Assembly: GCF_020745735.1 (NCBI RefSeq) | Contig: NC_083415.1 | Location: forward strand, 8,883,731-8,947,730 | DNA length: 64,000 nucleotides | Source: Hemiscyllium ocellatum | Lineage: Eukaryota | Direction: 5' to 3' | Shown here: positions 39,461 to 52,128 of the stretch, piece by piece | Layout: every line of letters starts with the position of its first letter | Numbering within the stretch: the first letter of the stretch is position 1 | Notes under the pieces: model-generated | What the model was told of the DNA's origin: nothing | Seen by the model: only the letters and a program-made list of their open reading frames with translations | The model's database searches: none | Program-made: the position numbers and the translations under genes

Positions 39461-39614
39461 ACTGCTGCTCAATTGCTCAGAATCTTAAATATTTCAGTAA
39501 CATTGTCACTCATTCTTCTAAGCTCTAATAAGCACAGACCCAAACTTCCCTCCTACCACAAGTACTACTTCATTCCAATGGACCTTTTCTGAAACACTTC
39601 CAATGTAATTAAGC

Positions 39615-40445
39615 AGAGTCAGAGATTTTACAGCACGGAATGAGGCTTTTTAGCCCATCGTGTCTGCATGGGTCATCAAATATCCAATTATTTGAATCCT
39701 GTTTTCCAGCACTTGTCCTGTAGCCATGTACATTATGGCATTTCAAAATCTCACCTCAATATCTTGAAGATTCCCGACTTTTTTTTAGGCCGTGAGTTCC
39801 AAATTACCACAATGCTCTATGTGAAAAAACTTTACATCGAATCCCCTGTAAATCTCCTACTCCTCATCTTAAAATGGTGCCCTCCTAGTTGTTGATGTGT
39901 AGGTCAGGTGGATTGGCCATGCTAAATTGTTCATAGTGTTAGGTGCATTAGCCAGCGGGAAATGGGGCTGGGTGGGATACTCTTCGGAGGGTCGGTGTGG
40001 ACTTGTTGGGCTGAAGGGCCTGTTTCCACACTGTAGGGAATCTAACCTAATCTAATCTTCTAAGGATCAAAGCTTGTCCCTTGTCTATCCTGTCTGTAGC
40101 ACTCAATTTTGTACACCCCTCTTCCCTGAGCTTTCTCTGCTCTAAGAAAAGCTGCAGCTGTCTAGTCTCTCTTCATAACTGAATCGCTCCAGTCTAGGCA
40201 GCACTGTTCTTCTACTACTTTTTAATGCAATCATTTCCTTCCCATAGTGTGGAAACCAGAAATACACACAGTGCTTCTGCTGTGACCTAACTGATATCAT
40301 ATGCAACTCCATTATAACCTCCTTGCTCTTTGTCTTTAATGACTTGACTAATAAAGGCAGGTATTTGGATGCCACCTTCACCACCTCATCCTCCTGTCCA
40401 ACTGCTTTCAAGGATCTGTGGATATGCACAAAGGTCCCTCTGATC
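39615..40445 (-). mobile_element. Old CR1 LINE 3' remnant with nested HE1 fragment
   Basis: LPRLERFSYEERLD and HCVYFWFPHY homologies (ORF 40142-40429). Confidence 0.7.
39895..40057 (+). mobile_element. HE1-type SINE 3' half
   Basis: ggattggccatgctaaattg...gggcctgtttccacactgtagggaatctaacctaatctaatc. Confidence 0.82.
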
Positions 40446-43231
40446 CTCCTATTTATTGAGGTATTTCAGTTAGCTCAGGCCTCAGTCTCACTACACAACT
40501 TGAGCTAGTCCTGTTCTTGAGTTGAAAGCCTTGTATTTACATAATCCCCCTGTGCCCCAATGAAATCTTCCCTTGTTGCAAGAAAGGTTGAGCCACTTTC
40601 TGCATAGGAAGATCCCACATACAGCAACAATGACCTGATCATAAATGCTGCTGGTGGAGCAATAAGTGTGAATACTTGTTATGTCCTTGGACCTACTTGG
40701 ATGTGTATTGAAGGAGAGATGGCTGTCCCGGGGGGGGGAGGGGGGAGGGGGGAAAGGCGGTTTGAAAGTTGTGCTTGTGTTGCAAACAACCCTAAAAGAT
40801 CTATCTCCACTTCATTCGGTGTGACTGGCGATTTGTTGTTGTGAGGTGACAATGCAGCTGAGAGTATGTACCAGCCTTTTGTTTGCTGGAGTCTTCAGGC
40901 TGCGGGGGTCTTTACAATGTCCTTATGGATGGATCGACTTTTACTGTCGGAGCTCGAGTTAGTCTCCCTTTTAAAAATCAGCTCTTTTTTCTCTCTCTCT
41001 CTGGCTTATTCCTTCATTGTGTTGGAGACAGCTGTTCAGTCTCCCTTCACTGTTCCGCTCAAACTGTTGACCCCACTCCTCCTGGGGACTCCTGCTTTTA
41101 TACATTTATAATCTGCAAGACAGCAAACCGTCCGCAGCCCACTGCCCCGCTGCTTCCCAGACAGACTGTCCCAAACTTGGGTGTTGAAGTCTCCTCACGT
41201 CTGCAGCTCAGCTGTACGCTGACTGCAGCTTCATGAGCAGAATGCTTAATGCAGTCTTGCCTGGACTCCACCCCCCTTGTGTCTGCCAAACTACTTAGAG
41301 CTGTCTAGTCAGTGACGGGGCACGCCTGAGGTGACAGCAGTTAACACAGGGGTGAAGGAGTGGGTGGGAGTGCTGTTCCCCCTGCAGGGGGATGATCTAA
41401 CTCTATCCTGCCTTATGCTGAATGTATGTGCGAGAGCGGAGTCCTGGCTTTTAATACTGACAAAGAGGGCTTTAAATGTCCCTTTAACTAGCCACGCTGT
41501 TAGACCGTGCTCACCTCTGCTGTCTGAATGGCTCTTGCTCGGGACAGACTAAGAAACAGGGATGATGAAAGAGAATTAGACAGAATGGACAAGTGTTGGC
41601 ATTGAGGTACTGAAGCACTTTTGTTTATTTGCACATTAGTTGGCAGCTCTTTTCATCTTCAAGTTTAAAGGTTGTGGATTTGATGCCCAATGTGGAGCTA
41701 GTGCGAGTCTCCAAACCGCTCAGGACAGTGAGATTAAATTATATAACCTTTGAAATTGCTGCTTTTGAGGGCTGCTAATTGGATGTCATTATCCTCCGTG
41801 GCTGTCCATTTTATACCTGTGGTTATTTACTCCTATCCTGTATTGGTGGGTTTCACATCCTGTACGCTTCAAAATATTGACTGAGGTTTAAACAGTTTTG
41901 ACGTGCAAGTTCATCTGCCGCACTCTTGACCTCACTCCCTGACTACCACCCTTCCCACCCCCCGCCCCATCATTTCTCTTTCTCCTGGTCACTGCTAAAC
42001 CATTCTGAGATGAAATTCTCTCTCTCTCACTCACTTGTGGTGATGTGCCCTTGCCCCTATTTCCCTTATTGAGGAGGTCAGAGCAGCTGGGGAGCTGATG
42101 AAGTTAAAGGTTTGGATGGCGTTGCTTACCGTGCACCTGATGTTTTTACCTCGAATTCGGAATTCCCATTCGGCCCAGCAAGGTCTGCTAAGGGGCTATG
42201 CTCCGCATGAAGATGGGCAGGTTCAGTGGATTGACCGTGCTAAGTTGCTCCATAGTGTGCAGGATTGTGCAGACTAGGTGGGTTGGCCATGGTAATTGCA
42301 GGGGGCATGAGATGTTTTGCGGAGGGTTGCTGCAGACCCGATGAATCAAATGGCCTCTATCTGCACTATAGGGGTTCTGTGATTCTATTCTATGTTTCTA
42401 ACCAACCTCCATCTACTCACCTTCATCTGACCCAATCATTTCAACTGCCCCTTGAGCACATTCATGCTGTTTGACTCAACTACTCCATGTGACGATGATT
42501 TCCAGTTTCTAACCAGTCCCTGGAAGGCACATTTTCTCCTGAATTCCTTATTGGATTAACTAATGACTACCGCTGTTGCATCTGCTCCTTACCCAAGAAG
42601 GGAAACAACTCTCCTGCAGTGACCCAAATGGTCCTTTTGTTTCATAAATTTCAAAGGCTTCTATTAGATTAGTCCTCCACATTCTCTGCTGTAATGACAA
42701 TTTCCCAACTCAAACACTTTGAGGTTAGAACGCAGAATTGACCAGGGAATAGCTTAGCATCCCCAGAGCCAGGAATCTCAAGTCAAGTGAATTATTGTGG
42801 TCATGGGGTCGTATAGCATGGAAACAAACTCTTTGGTTCAAATTGTCTGTGCCTACCAGGTATCCCAAACTAAACTACATTAGTCCCATGTGCCAATGTT
42901 TATCTCATAAACCTTATTGAAGGACGCATAAGTTACCTGCTGTTCAGTCAGGCTACTGGACATTATAGTTCCATCTCCTATACACCTTCTAACATATAGC
43001 TCCTGTGGAATGTGGTGTGTAGCAGTGCACACGTGGGGCATTGTCTCAGGGTCTTGAAGTTTAGCTGAGACGATGATGCTGAATCTAGGAATGGTAATGG
43101 TGTGCTGGTACTACCCACCCAATCTGGAGGCTGAACAGGGCATTCAACTGCTGTATCTGATGCTGAATTTGTGATCCTGTTTCAGTAATTTCACCCCTCA
43201 CCTCTCAGAAAGCACAAACCATAGAATATCA

Positions 43232-43560
43232 GGGAGGCAATGGTATTATCGCTGGACTGTCAATCCAGGTAATGTTCTTGGGACCTGGGTTTCAATTCCA
43301 CTGCAGCAGATGGTGGAATTTAAATTAAATTAAAAGAAAACCTGGAATAAAGAGTCTAATGATGACCATGAGTTCATTGTCAGAAAAACTCATCTGGTTC
43401 ACTAAGTCCTTTAGGGAAGGAAATCTGCCATCCTCACCCGGTCTGGCCTACATGTGACTCCAGACCCACAGCAATGTGGTTGACTCTTAACTGCTCTCTG
43501 GGCAATTAGGGATGAGTAATAAATGCTGGTCTGGCTAGCGATGCCCTCATCCTCTCGATG
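43232..43560 (+). mobile_element. Second tRNA-headed SINE family (copies also at about 26508-26830 -, 28030-28345 +, 54925-55120 -, 55170-55320 +)
   Basis: Recurrent blocks gcagatggtggaattt, catctggttcactaa..cctttagggaaggaaatctgcc and ggcctacatgtgactccag. The 3' end taaatgctgg..gccagcga is shared with the second LINE family. Confidence 0.75.
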
Positions 43561-46500
43561 TATTTTCTTAAAAAAGCTTGTGTGGTTAACATTGTACAAG
43601 CCAGGTTTGTTTAATGTCCCCGAGTCACTGAATGATGATCAGTCCAGGGAACTGATGTACTTCTTATGTTGGCCTTCCCTATCCAATAGCAAAACTTGTA
43701 TTTGTATAGCGCCTCTATATTTTTTACTACCACAAAATGTCCCAAAACACAACGAAATGTTAGGGCTGGTGGCCAAAGGCTTTGTTAAAGCTAAAGGCTT
43801 TAAGGAGTGTTGCAAAAGAGGAGAGAATTCCCTCCTCAAGGAGCTAAGGCAGCTGAAAGCATGTTCACCAAAAGGTGAGGCAGTTGAAATGAAGGGCATT
43901 GAAAGAGGCCAGAATTGGACAGTCACAAGGCGTTTTGGAAGGTTGTGGGGCTGAAGCAGATTAAAGATGGGGAAGGCTGTATGAGGCCTGGGAATGTGTT
44001 GAAAGCAAGAATGGGCATTTTATAATCTGATGCAATGCAAAGAAAATGTAATGGTCAAAGAGTACAGGTTGGGTGGATGAAAGGGATTCTGGGTCAGTCA
44101 GGAGAAGCTTAAGCTTGCAGAGCAGCGGGTGTGACTGTGACAATGCTGCAACTTTGAGGGGTTTTTTTGAGTGAGATTGAGGGACAGGCACTGAGTAGTC
44201 AGTGAAAAGATAAGGAAATTGTGAGGCCTTGAGGTTTTCAAGTTGGAACAATAGAAGCAGCCTGAGTGGGTGTGTTCAAGCTCTCTCAGAACCAGGATTT
44301 TTACTTTCACTTTTCGCTGGGGTTTCATGGAGGATTGGAAGGTGGTGAAATCTGTGTCGCCCACACTCTCTCCATTAAGGTTTCCAACAGAGTTAAGTTA
44401 GTCCAAGGTCTTCTATGTTTTGTTGTATTGTGTTTGAATAAATTTATGTTTTGCTTAATGTCATACAGTTCGACCAATTGAATTGCATCTGGAACACAGC
44501 ACCTGACATTTACCTTTACAAGAAGAAAAGGTCTAGGCTACCTTTTCTAATATATTTTGAGGTCTGGTCTGGTCTGGTTCAGTTCATTTTCGGACTCTGG
44601 TCAGGAGGGTGTTAAAATGATGTAACTCATGAGTAATACACAGGTGAAGCAATGTTAATAGTGGTAGCGGAGAGACTATAGTGTGCTGGCTGTTGCTAGG
44701 ACCTGCATTTCACTCGGTCCCTGCGCCCAGCTCATTCTCTACAGTCACACATTAAATATTTCATGAAGTTTGCACAGTGGGGAAGAGGATGGTCTGTGTT
44801 TATTGTTAGCATTTTAATGAGTAAACGAATACAAATTGTTGTTTTGCGTTGGCGGGTATTTCAATATTAAATTTCTGTCAAATGTTACAATGGCCCAAAC
44901 CAATTTATTTTTCTTTGTATGAACATTATTAAGAGAATAGCAAGCCCCAGCTTTATTATGCAATGGGAAAGGAGCAGTTCAGAGTAAAAACAATACATAA
45001 TTGGACGAGGGTCAATTTTAATTAGATCGTAAGTAGTAAGAATGAAGTAGGCTTTTCAGCCCATCAAATCTGTTCTGCCTTCCAATGAGATCTTCGCCAA
45101 TCTGATGATCCTCAATGCCACTTTCCTGCCTGTGAGAATTGTCCCTTCCCAATTAAATTGGAATCGAGGAATGACCAGCAAAACTAATGTTAAATATGGA
45201 TAGTTTGGTTACGGCTAAGGCATATTCCCAAAAGGGATCAAGGCAAGGCAGTCGAAGTCAGAGCACTTTGGATGATAACAGCAAGTAACATGAAGCAGAA
45301 TATCAATTCATATTAATACTGAAAGTTCAGTGATGTAAAAAAGAATTAAAAAGAGAACCTAGTGTTTTTAGTAAGCTAACATGGGGTTTAAGAATTTTTT
45401 TTAATAAACCTAAATTTTGAAAGGATAGGTCAGCTGTTCAAGGGTTGAAAGTAATATCGATGCATTGCAAGCAGAATGCACGGCTGAGCTACTAAGTGGA
45501 TACTTTTGCATCTGTTGTTACCAACTTGGGTACAGTAGAAATACTGGATATACCAAACATTTCTGGAGGAAGATAGTCTGTCAGGGATTAATGACATGCA
45601 AACAAGGACACTGAGGGAAAATGAATAGATATTGCCGAGGCAATTTTCCATTCCCCCGCTCAGAACAATCCCAGTGTCGCTCACCTTCCCCACAGGACAC
45701 CCCCTGTTACCTGGTGAGCTTCTGGTAAATTTCAAATTGTGGATGTGGCTTCTAGTAAATAATTCCTAGTCTTTGTGCTTCTGATCAATCCTAGCAACTT
45801 CCAAAGTCGTCCTCACAACAAAACTCTCCCTGTGACACATTTTGTACTGTACCATGCCCTCCAGAAACACAACTCCTAGTCTGTAATGCTGTCTCACTTA
45901 AAACTCCTAAAGTCAGCAATATGCAGTCATTGGGATGGATCATCAGGTAAAAGGTGGAGTCTGAGCATTGAAACCTCTGTGTGACAGAGATATTGGCAGG
46001 GACAGAGACCGAACTCCTTCCCAAGTCTGTTCTTTGATTCCATTAGCTGTGGCAATCTGTATCTCCACTCCTTTATCTGCCTTAACTCTATGCTGATTCA
46101 TAACTTTACAACTAATCTCCATTCTGAAACATTTGGGGGACAGTGTTCTAGATTTCCACCACAATAAACAGATATACAGTTTCTCTCTAGGATGCTAAAC
46201 TGTGCGATGCATGTTAATATCTTAATGCGCATGTTTAAGATCAGTTTCTCCCCTCTCTTCAAAGAGAAGGTTTTCTTTCTCCCCCATCCCCACTCAGAAT
46301 TCTTGCCATGATCTGTTAACTGCACACAGACGGTATTTATGGCTGGGAACTGCGTTTGGCTACACAAGTAAGGCGCCATGTAGTTAGTAATGCAGCACTG
46401 CTGGGGTTTGTTTGCAGACCAGGGGAAAGCTGCATTACTGCCTTCTGAGATCCCAGCAGTTGTCCTGTTCTGGCTGAGCACTGTCCTGTTTTAACAGTGT

Positions 46501-46914
46501 AGCATTGGCAGCGACACACCCTGCTACGTAGGCCTCAAGCATGGGACCTGCCATCGGCGGCCATGTTAGCGAGGTGGGCCCAACAACTAAGATGGCGCCT
46601 GAAGAGTGGCGCAGGTGTCATTGATTGGATGGCTCAAGTCTCAGGATTCACAGTGGAGAGGACTGAATGAAGATGGACATTCTTTCAGTTTTTTCTTTTT
46701 ATTCTTAAAATATTCAAATGGTGCCAGATTGTGGCAACTGTTGAAGCTTTTCACTGTATTTTACTGTATTGTTCATTGTACCGTACAAGTGACAATAAAT
46801 CATTATCATCAAGCCATGTGTCCCCTCCATGTTCTGCTCTCTGCCTGGAGGATTTCCTTAAAATACAACCTGTTTAACCAAGCTCTTGGCTGCCTGAGAT
46901 AATATCACTTCAGT

Positions 46915-47660
46915 TTACCGGAAGGCAGATTGTTTTCTGAATGGTAATAGGTTGGGAAAGGGGTAAGTGCAATGAGACCTGAGTGTCCTTGGACACCAGT
47001 CACTGGAAGTAAGCACGGAGGTGCAGCAGGCAGTGAGGAAGGCCTTCATAGTAAGGGGATTCAAGTATGGGAATCTTGCTGACATTGTACAGAGTCTTGA
47101 TGAGACCACACCTGGAGTATTGTGTGCAGTTTTCCTTATCTGAGGAAAGATGTTTGGCTATGAAGGGAGTTGAATCAAAGGTTTACTGGACTGATTCCTG
47201 ATCTGGCTGGACTGACATATGAAGAGAGACTGGATTGGTTCGGACTGTATTCACTGGAGTTTAGAAGAATTGTGAGGGTGGAGTGGGTGGTGGAATCTCA
47301 TAGAAAGCTGTAAAATTCTAACAGGACCAGACGGGGTAAATGGAAGGAGGATGTTCCTGATGGCTGCAGAGTACAGAACCAGGGGTTCTGGATATGAAGT
47401 AAACCATTTCGGACCGAGATGAGGAGAAATGTCACCACCCAGAGAGTGGTGAACGAATGGAATTGTCTTCCACAGGAAGTAGTTGAGGCCAAAGCATTGA
47501 ATGTTTCCGAGAAGAAGATATGTATACTTACAGACTAAAGCCACCAAAGGGTATAGGGATAAAGAGGTAATAGGGGACTGAATTGGACAATCGGCTGTGA
47601 TTGTAGTGAGCAGTGGAACAGGTTCAAAAGGCTGAATGGCCTGCTCTCATGTTTTGACTG
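46915..47660 (+). mobile_element. Old CR1 LINE 3' remnant
   Basis: gagaccacacctggagtattgtgtgcag, tatgaagagagactggat and ggctgaatggcctgctct blocks typical of CR1 3' ends. Confidence 0.75.
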
Positions 47661-47810
47661 TTTTGGTATCTGATTGCTCTGGAAGAACTTGGTAATGTTT
47701 GGCTGCATAAACATGAGCAGTTGTTGCCCCACTCCCAATTTAAAATTGAATTTTTTTTGTGGCTAGTAGTGGGCAAAATGCTGTTTTGAAAATGGAGGAT
47801 GTCCATCAAT

Positions 47811-47934
47811 TTGAAAGGAATTTATGCCCGAAACGTCAATCCTCCTCCTCAATGCTGCCTGAGCTGCTGTGCTTTTCCAGCACCACACACACTCAACTCT
47901 GATCTCCAACATCTGCAGTCCTCACTTTCTCCTA
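47811..47934 (+). mobile_element. Solo family-B-like Penelope terminal repeat
   Basis: ttatgcccgaaacgtc...gctgtgcttttccagcaccac...gcagtcctcactttctccta; ATCAATT on both flanks. Confidence 0.75.
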
Positions 47935-48424
47935 ATCAATTGTAAAAGCACCATTCTGAAAACCCCAGCTTCCGCATGGACTGCTGCCCCAGTCTGGTAC
48001 CTTTTTTTTAAAAAACAAGGTCTTCCTGCAGCCCCAGAGTGGTTCCCCTTCCGTCCAGCGAAGACAGTCGGAAACCAACAGAGGCCACCTGCTCCTCAAT
48101 CTCCCTTCAAACCATTTTTGAGGTGACAATAGAGTTATGGAAAGAGCTCTTTCACTCAGGTAGTCAAGAGCTCACAGCCCACCTCCAAGGTCCTGTGACC
48201 ATTTACCACCTGCACGCGCACTGCTGTGGCAGGCAGTCTGAGCACTTTGTAACCGAGCTGTTTAATTTTCCAACATACACAAATCCATCTCTATCCAATG
48301 GTTGGCTTTCCCAGAATTCCAGAATGATGGACTGAGAGTAACGTAAATCTTCCTGAGATTCAGGCTCGTTTCTAGATTTGCTTCTAGGTTTCTAACAGTT
48401 ATCAAACCATAAGGGGCAATTTAT

Positions 48425-48628
48425 TTTTCTTACACAGAATGGTTTGTGTGTGGAATGAACTTCCAGGTGAAGTGGTGAATGTGGGTACAGTTAAAACATT
48501 TAAAAGGGATTTGAATAAGGACATGAATAAGAAATGTTCAAAAGAATATGGGCCGAGCGCAGGCAGGTGGGGCTAGTTTGGTTTGGGATTATGTTTGGTG
48601 TGGGCAGGTTGGACCGAAAGGCCTGTAT
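48425..48628 (+). mobile_element. CR1/HER1 3' end fragment about 100 bp upstream of the TM exon
   Basis: ttacacagaatggtttgtgtgtggaatgaacttcc...ggaccgaaaggcctgt. Confidence 0.75.
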
Positions 48629-48725
48629 GGTGAGTTTCCTGGGTGTGTGCATTTGCTCTTGTCTAGATGACCGTACTTGTCTGCTGTCTCTCATGTTGCC
48701 TTTTTTTGTTGTTGTTCTGTTGCAG

Positions 48726-48880
48726 CTGAGTTGGAGTTTGTCCAGATCATTGTGATAGTGGTGGTAATGATCGTGATGGTCGTGGTGATTACCTGCCTGC
48801 TTAACCACTACAAACTCTCCACACGGTCTTTAATAAACAGACAGAGTCACATGAGGAGGCAAGAAGACACGTTGCAGTCG
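48726..48880 (+). CDS. PMEPA1: PMEPA1/LDLRAD4-family transmembrane exon (155 nt, phase 1 to phase 0)
   Basis: Pyrimidine-rich acceptor tttttttgttgttgttctgttgcag| and donor TCG|gtaaga at 48881. Translates (A)[51 protein letters not shown], the single TM helix region of TMEPAI-family proteins. The PMEPA1 versus LDLRAD4 assignment comes from recalled sequence similarity only. Confidence 0.93.
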
Positions 48881-50529
48881 GTAAGAAGCAGATTACACTT
48901 TTGAAAGCCATCATGTGGGTCCAATAGATTGCAGGTTAGTGCACTGGATCAGAGAGACACTGGGCCTGAGGGTAAAACCCATCATGGCCAGTTACTTCAA
49001 TGCCTGGGATAATCTGTGCATTAGCAGGAAATGAGAGAAAAAAAAAACAATTGCATCTATGTGGCATTAATCACAACCTCAATCTCCCAGTGCTTTATTA
49101 TAAATTGAGTCTTTTAAATAATGTCAGAAATGCTGGTAGCCAGGAAAGCCCCACAAATGACCAGCCTGCACTTTGCTGAAGTTGGTGGCGGAACACTCTG
49201 GCCCAGGGCACTCAGCGAGAACCTTCCCCATTCTCCTCTAACATAGAGCCATGGGATCTTTCCCACACACGACCGAGGACAGATGGAGCTTCTCGTCATT
49301 GGCTCCACCAATAGGCATTGTTTCTGACAGGGCAGCACTCCCTCTGTTAGCTTCCCCACTCTCAGATGGAGACGTTTGCACCCTAATAGAACTGCCTCAT
49401 TCCTGCGGGTGAGGTTTAAGATTGGCCAACTTTGTTGCTGTTGGTCTCTGAAAATTGTGTGTATGTCAGTAGGAGTCAATGTATGTGGCGCCAAGGAGAG
49501 GGATCTGGAGTGGATAAGATCTGAATTGTGATGCCCTGTGCAATTTAATATCTCTTCAACACTGACTAGGTTAACGCTTGCTTACCTTCACACTCACTAA
49601 ACTCCATCACTCGCTCAGTCCTCTTCTTTGCACACCCTATCCCTTTCCAGTCTGGACCTCCTGAGAGATGCTGTAGCAAAGAGACTGGAGGGGGCAGACT
49701 GTCCTGGAAAAGAGCCAGTGCATGGGTGTCAGCGTGCCCTCAATAGCACCTGCATGTCCGTGCAGCACTCCTGTCAGTGGGTGGTGTTGGTTAGTGAGGT
49801 GCTGCTGACTGGTGTACAGTATACACTGGCCAGCACCACTTCTCTGCCTGCTGTCCCCTCCCAGCCTGCACTGACCCACGTGTGGGTGTGTTGGACATGA
49901 GCAGTGAGATTTATCAGAGATCCTGGAACAGGAAGCTGTGTGGAACCATGACAGACTGGCAGGCACAAATCTACACTGCTCCTGTGCATCATGAAATCAT
50001 AAAGTGACCTAAATACTAGCGTTCATGTGTAAAAACAGCCTCCTCTCAATAACCTGAAGATAACAAATGACCTCATCGTTTGAACAGTGGGTCCTGCGCT
50101 GTTTACACAGGAGGAATTGATCAGTGTGACAGTTCCATTAATCAGTGCTGAGGTGGGCAAGGCAGAGAGATGACAGCTCCTTGGTATCTGGGTCCTCAGG
50201 CAGGACATTCTGGTGTATGAGTGACAAGTCACTCTCAGAGCATCACTGAGTGAAAGCAGGTGAATCAGTGCCTCAGTTCCCAGGTCAGTGCAGCTGCACC
50301 TGGCTTGTCATTTTGAAAAATAACCAGCAGGAGGAGACTGCTGAATGGGGGAAGTGTACACCCCACTCTGTCGAGAAACACCAGATTGTCACCTCTGCTT
50401 CCTTTATCTTTAGAGAAAGAACAAACACAGTCAAGTTTCCATCCAATGCTGCTCCTCTGCAGTAGGCAGCTTTCTAAAGTATATACTGTAAGTCTAATCT
50501 AATTTAATCTATGATCAGTACGCTCAGAG

Positions 50530-50826
50530 ATTAGATTGGATTCCCTACAGTGTGGAAACAGGTCTTTCGGCCCAACAAGTCCACACCAACCCTCTGAAGA
50601 GTAACCCACCCACACCTATTTCCCTGTAACTAATGCACCTAACACTATGGACAATTTAGCATGGCCAACTCACCTAACCTGCACATCTTTTGAAGAAACC
50701 GGAGCACCCAGAGGAAACCCACACAGACACAGAGAGAATGTGCACACTCCACACAGACAGTCGCCCAAGGCTGGAATCAAACCCGGGTCCCTGGCACTGT
50801 GAAGCAGCAGTGCTATCACTGAGCCA
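50530..50826 (-). mobile_element. HE1-type SINE
   Basis: Reverse complement of the HE1-like copy at 14653. Confidence 0.85.
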
Positions 50827-51404
50827 TCAACCTGTAACGCAAAGTAGAGTGTCCTCATTAACTACATCAAATTGATCATGGGTCAAGTACTTGGCAGTGC
50901 CCTTTACACTGTCAAATCTTCTGTTGTCACAGTGGGTACCCATTGCTTTGTAGCCAGTGGTCTTTGGGAGTATAGCCACAAACGTTGTTGCGTTTTTCTT
51001 CAACCTTTCCATTCGGACAGAGTTAGCAAGAGATCAGGCAATGCTTAATTCTTGGAGGCTTTGACCCATAGTTTGGCTAAAAGGTGTGGGATTTATGCTG
51101 TGACATGAGGATTCCTGATGTATTCAGTTTACCACCAGCTCACATCGAGTTGCAACGTACAGGAACACATACACGTGCAGAAATTGCTGGAAAAGCTCAG
51201 CACGTCTGACAGCATCGGTGAAGAGAAATCCGAGTTAACGTTTGAGTGACCTTTCCACAGAACTCTGTTTTTACACACACCTGCTTCATGGTACAGGGTG
51301 TAGTGATGCAGCCACTCTGCTGCCTGCCCTGACCCTGCTGGAGAGGTTGTTATCCCTTTGCGGTTTTGGATGAACTTCTGACTTCTGTCTCCTATACCCT
51401 GCTC

Positions 51405-52105
51405 ATAGAGTCTGAGAGATGTACAACACGGAAACTGACCTTCTGGTCCAACTCATCCATGCTGACCTGGTATCCTAACCTAATCTAGTCCCATTTGTCA
51501 GCATTTGGCCCATTTCCCTCTAAACCCTTTCTATTCATATACCCATCCAGATACCTTTTAAATGTTGCAATTGTACCAGTCTCTCCCACTTCCTCTGGCA
51601 GCTCATTCCATACGCGTACCACCCTCTGTGTGAAAACATTGCCCCTTAGGTCCATTTTATATCTTTCCCCTCTCACCCTAAACCTAAGCCCTCTAGTTCT
51701 GAACTTTGTTTATTTACCCAATCCCTGCCCCTCATGATTTTATAAACCTCAATAAGATCACCCTTCAGCCTCCGCTCCAGGGAAAACAGCCCCAGCCTGT
51801 TCAGCTTCTCCTTATAGCTCAAATCCTCTAACTCTGGCAACTTGGTAACATCCTTGTAAATCTTTTCTGAGCCCTTTCAAGTTTCACAACATCCTTCTTA
51901 TAACAGAGAGGCCAGAATTGCATATAGTATTCCAAAAGCGGCCTAACCAATGTTGCAACCTAATCTCCCAATTCCTGCACTCAATACTCTGACCAATAAA
52001 GGAAAGCATACCAAATGCCTTCTTCACTATCCTATCTACCTGCGCCTCGACTTTCAAGGAGCTATGAATCTGCACTCCAAGGTCTCTTTGTTCAGCAGTA
52101 CTCCC
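51405..52105 (-). mobile_element. CR1/HER1 LINE 3' fragment
   Basis: EQRDLGVQIHSSLKV...AFGMLSFIGQSIE; 3' end shared with other copies. Confidence 0.9.
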
Positions 52106-52128
52106 TTCTGTCAGCTGTAAACTGAAAT

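Noticed and set aside
46550-46805. Two YY1-like motifs (GCCATGTT, AAGATGGCG) and CCAAT as an internal promoter
   Set aside because: The segment ends in cttttcactgta...gtgacaataaa, which looks like a retroposon 3' end, so it is probably a repeat fragment. No exon evidence.
1-48700. LDL-receptor class A exon or Cys-rich NVSCTCNC-type first exon
   Set aside because: No such reading frame with splice sites was found by eye. It may lie upstream of the window or in the gap.
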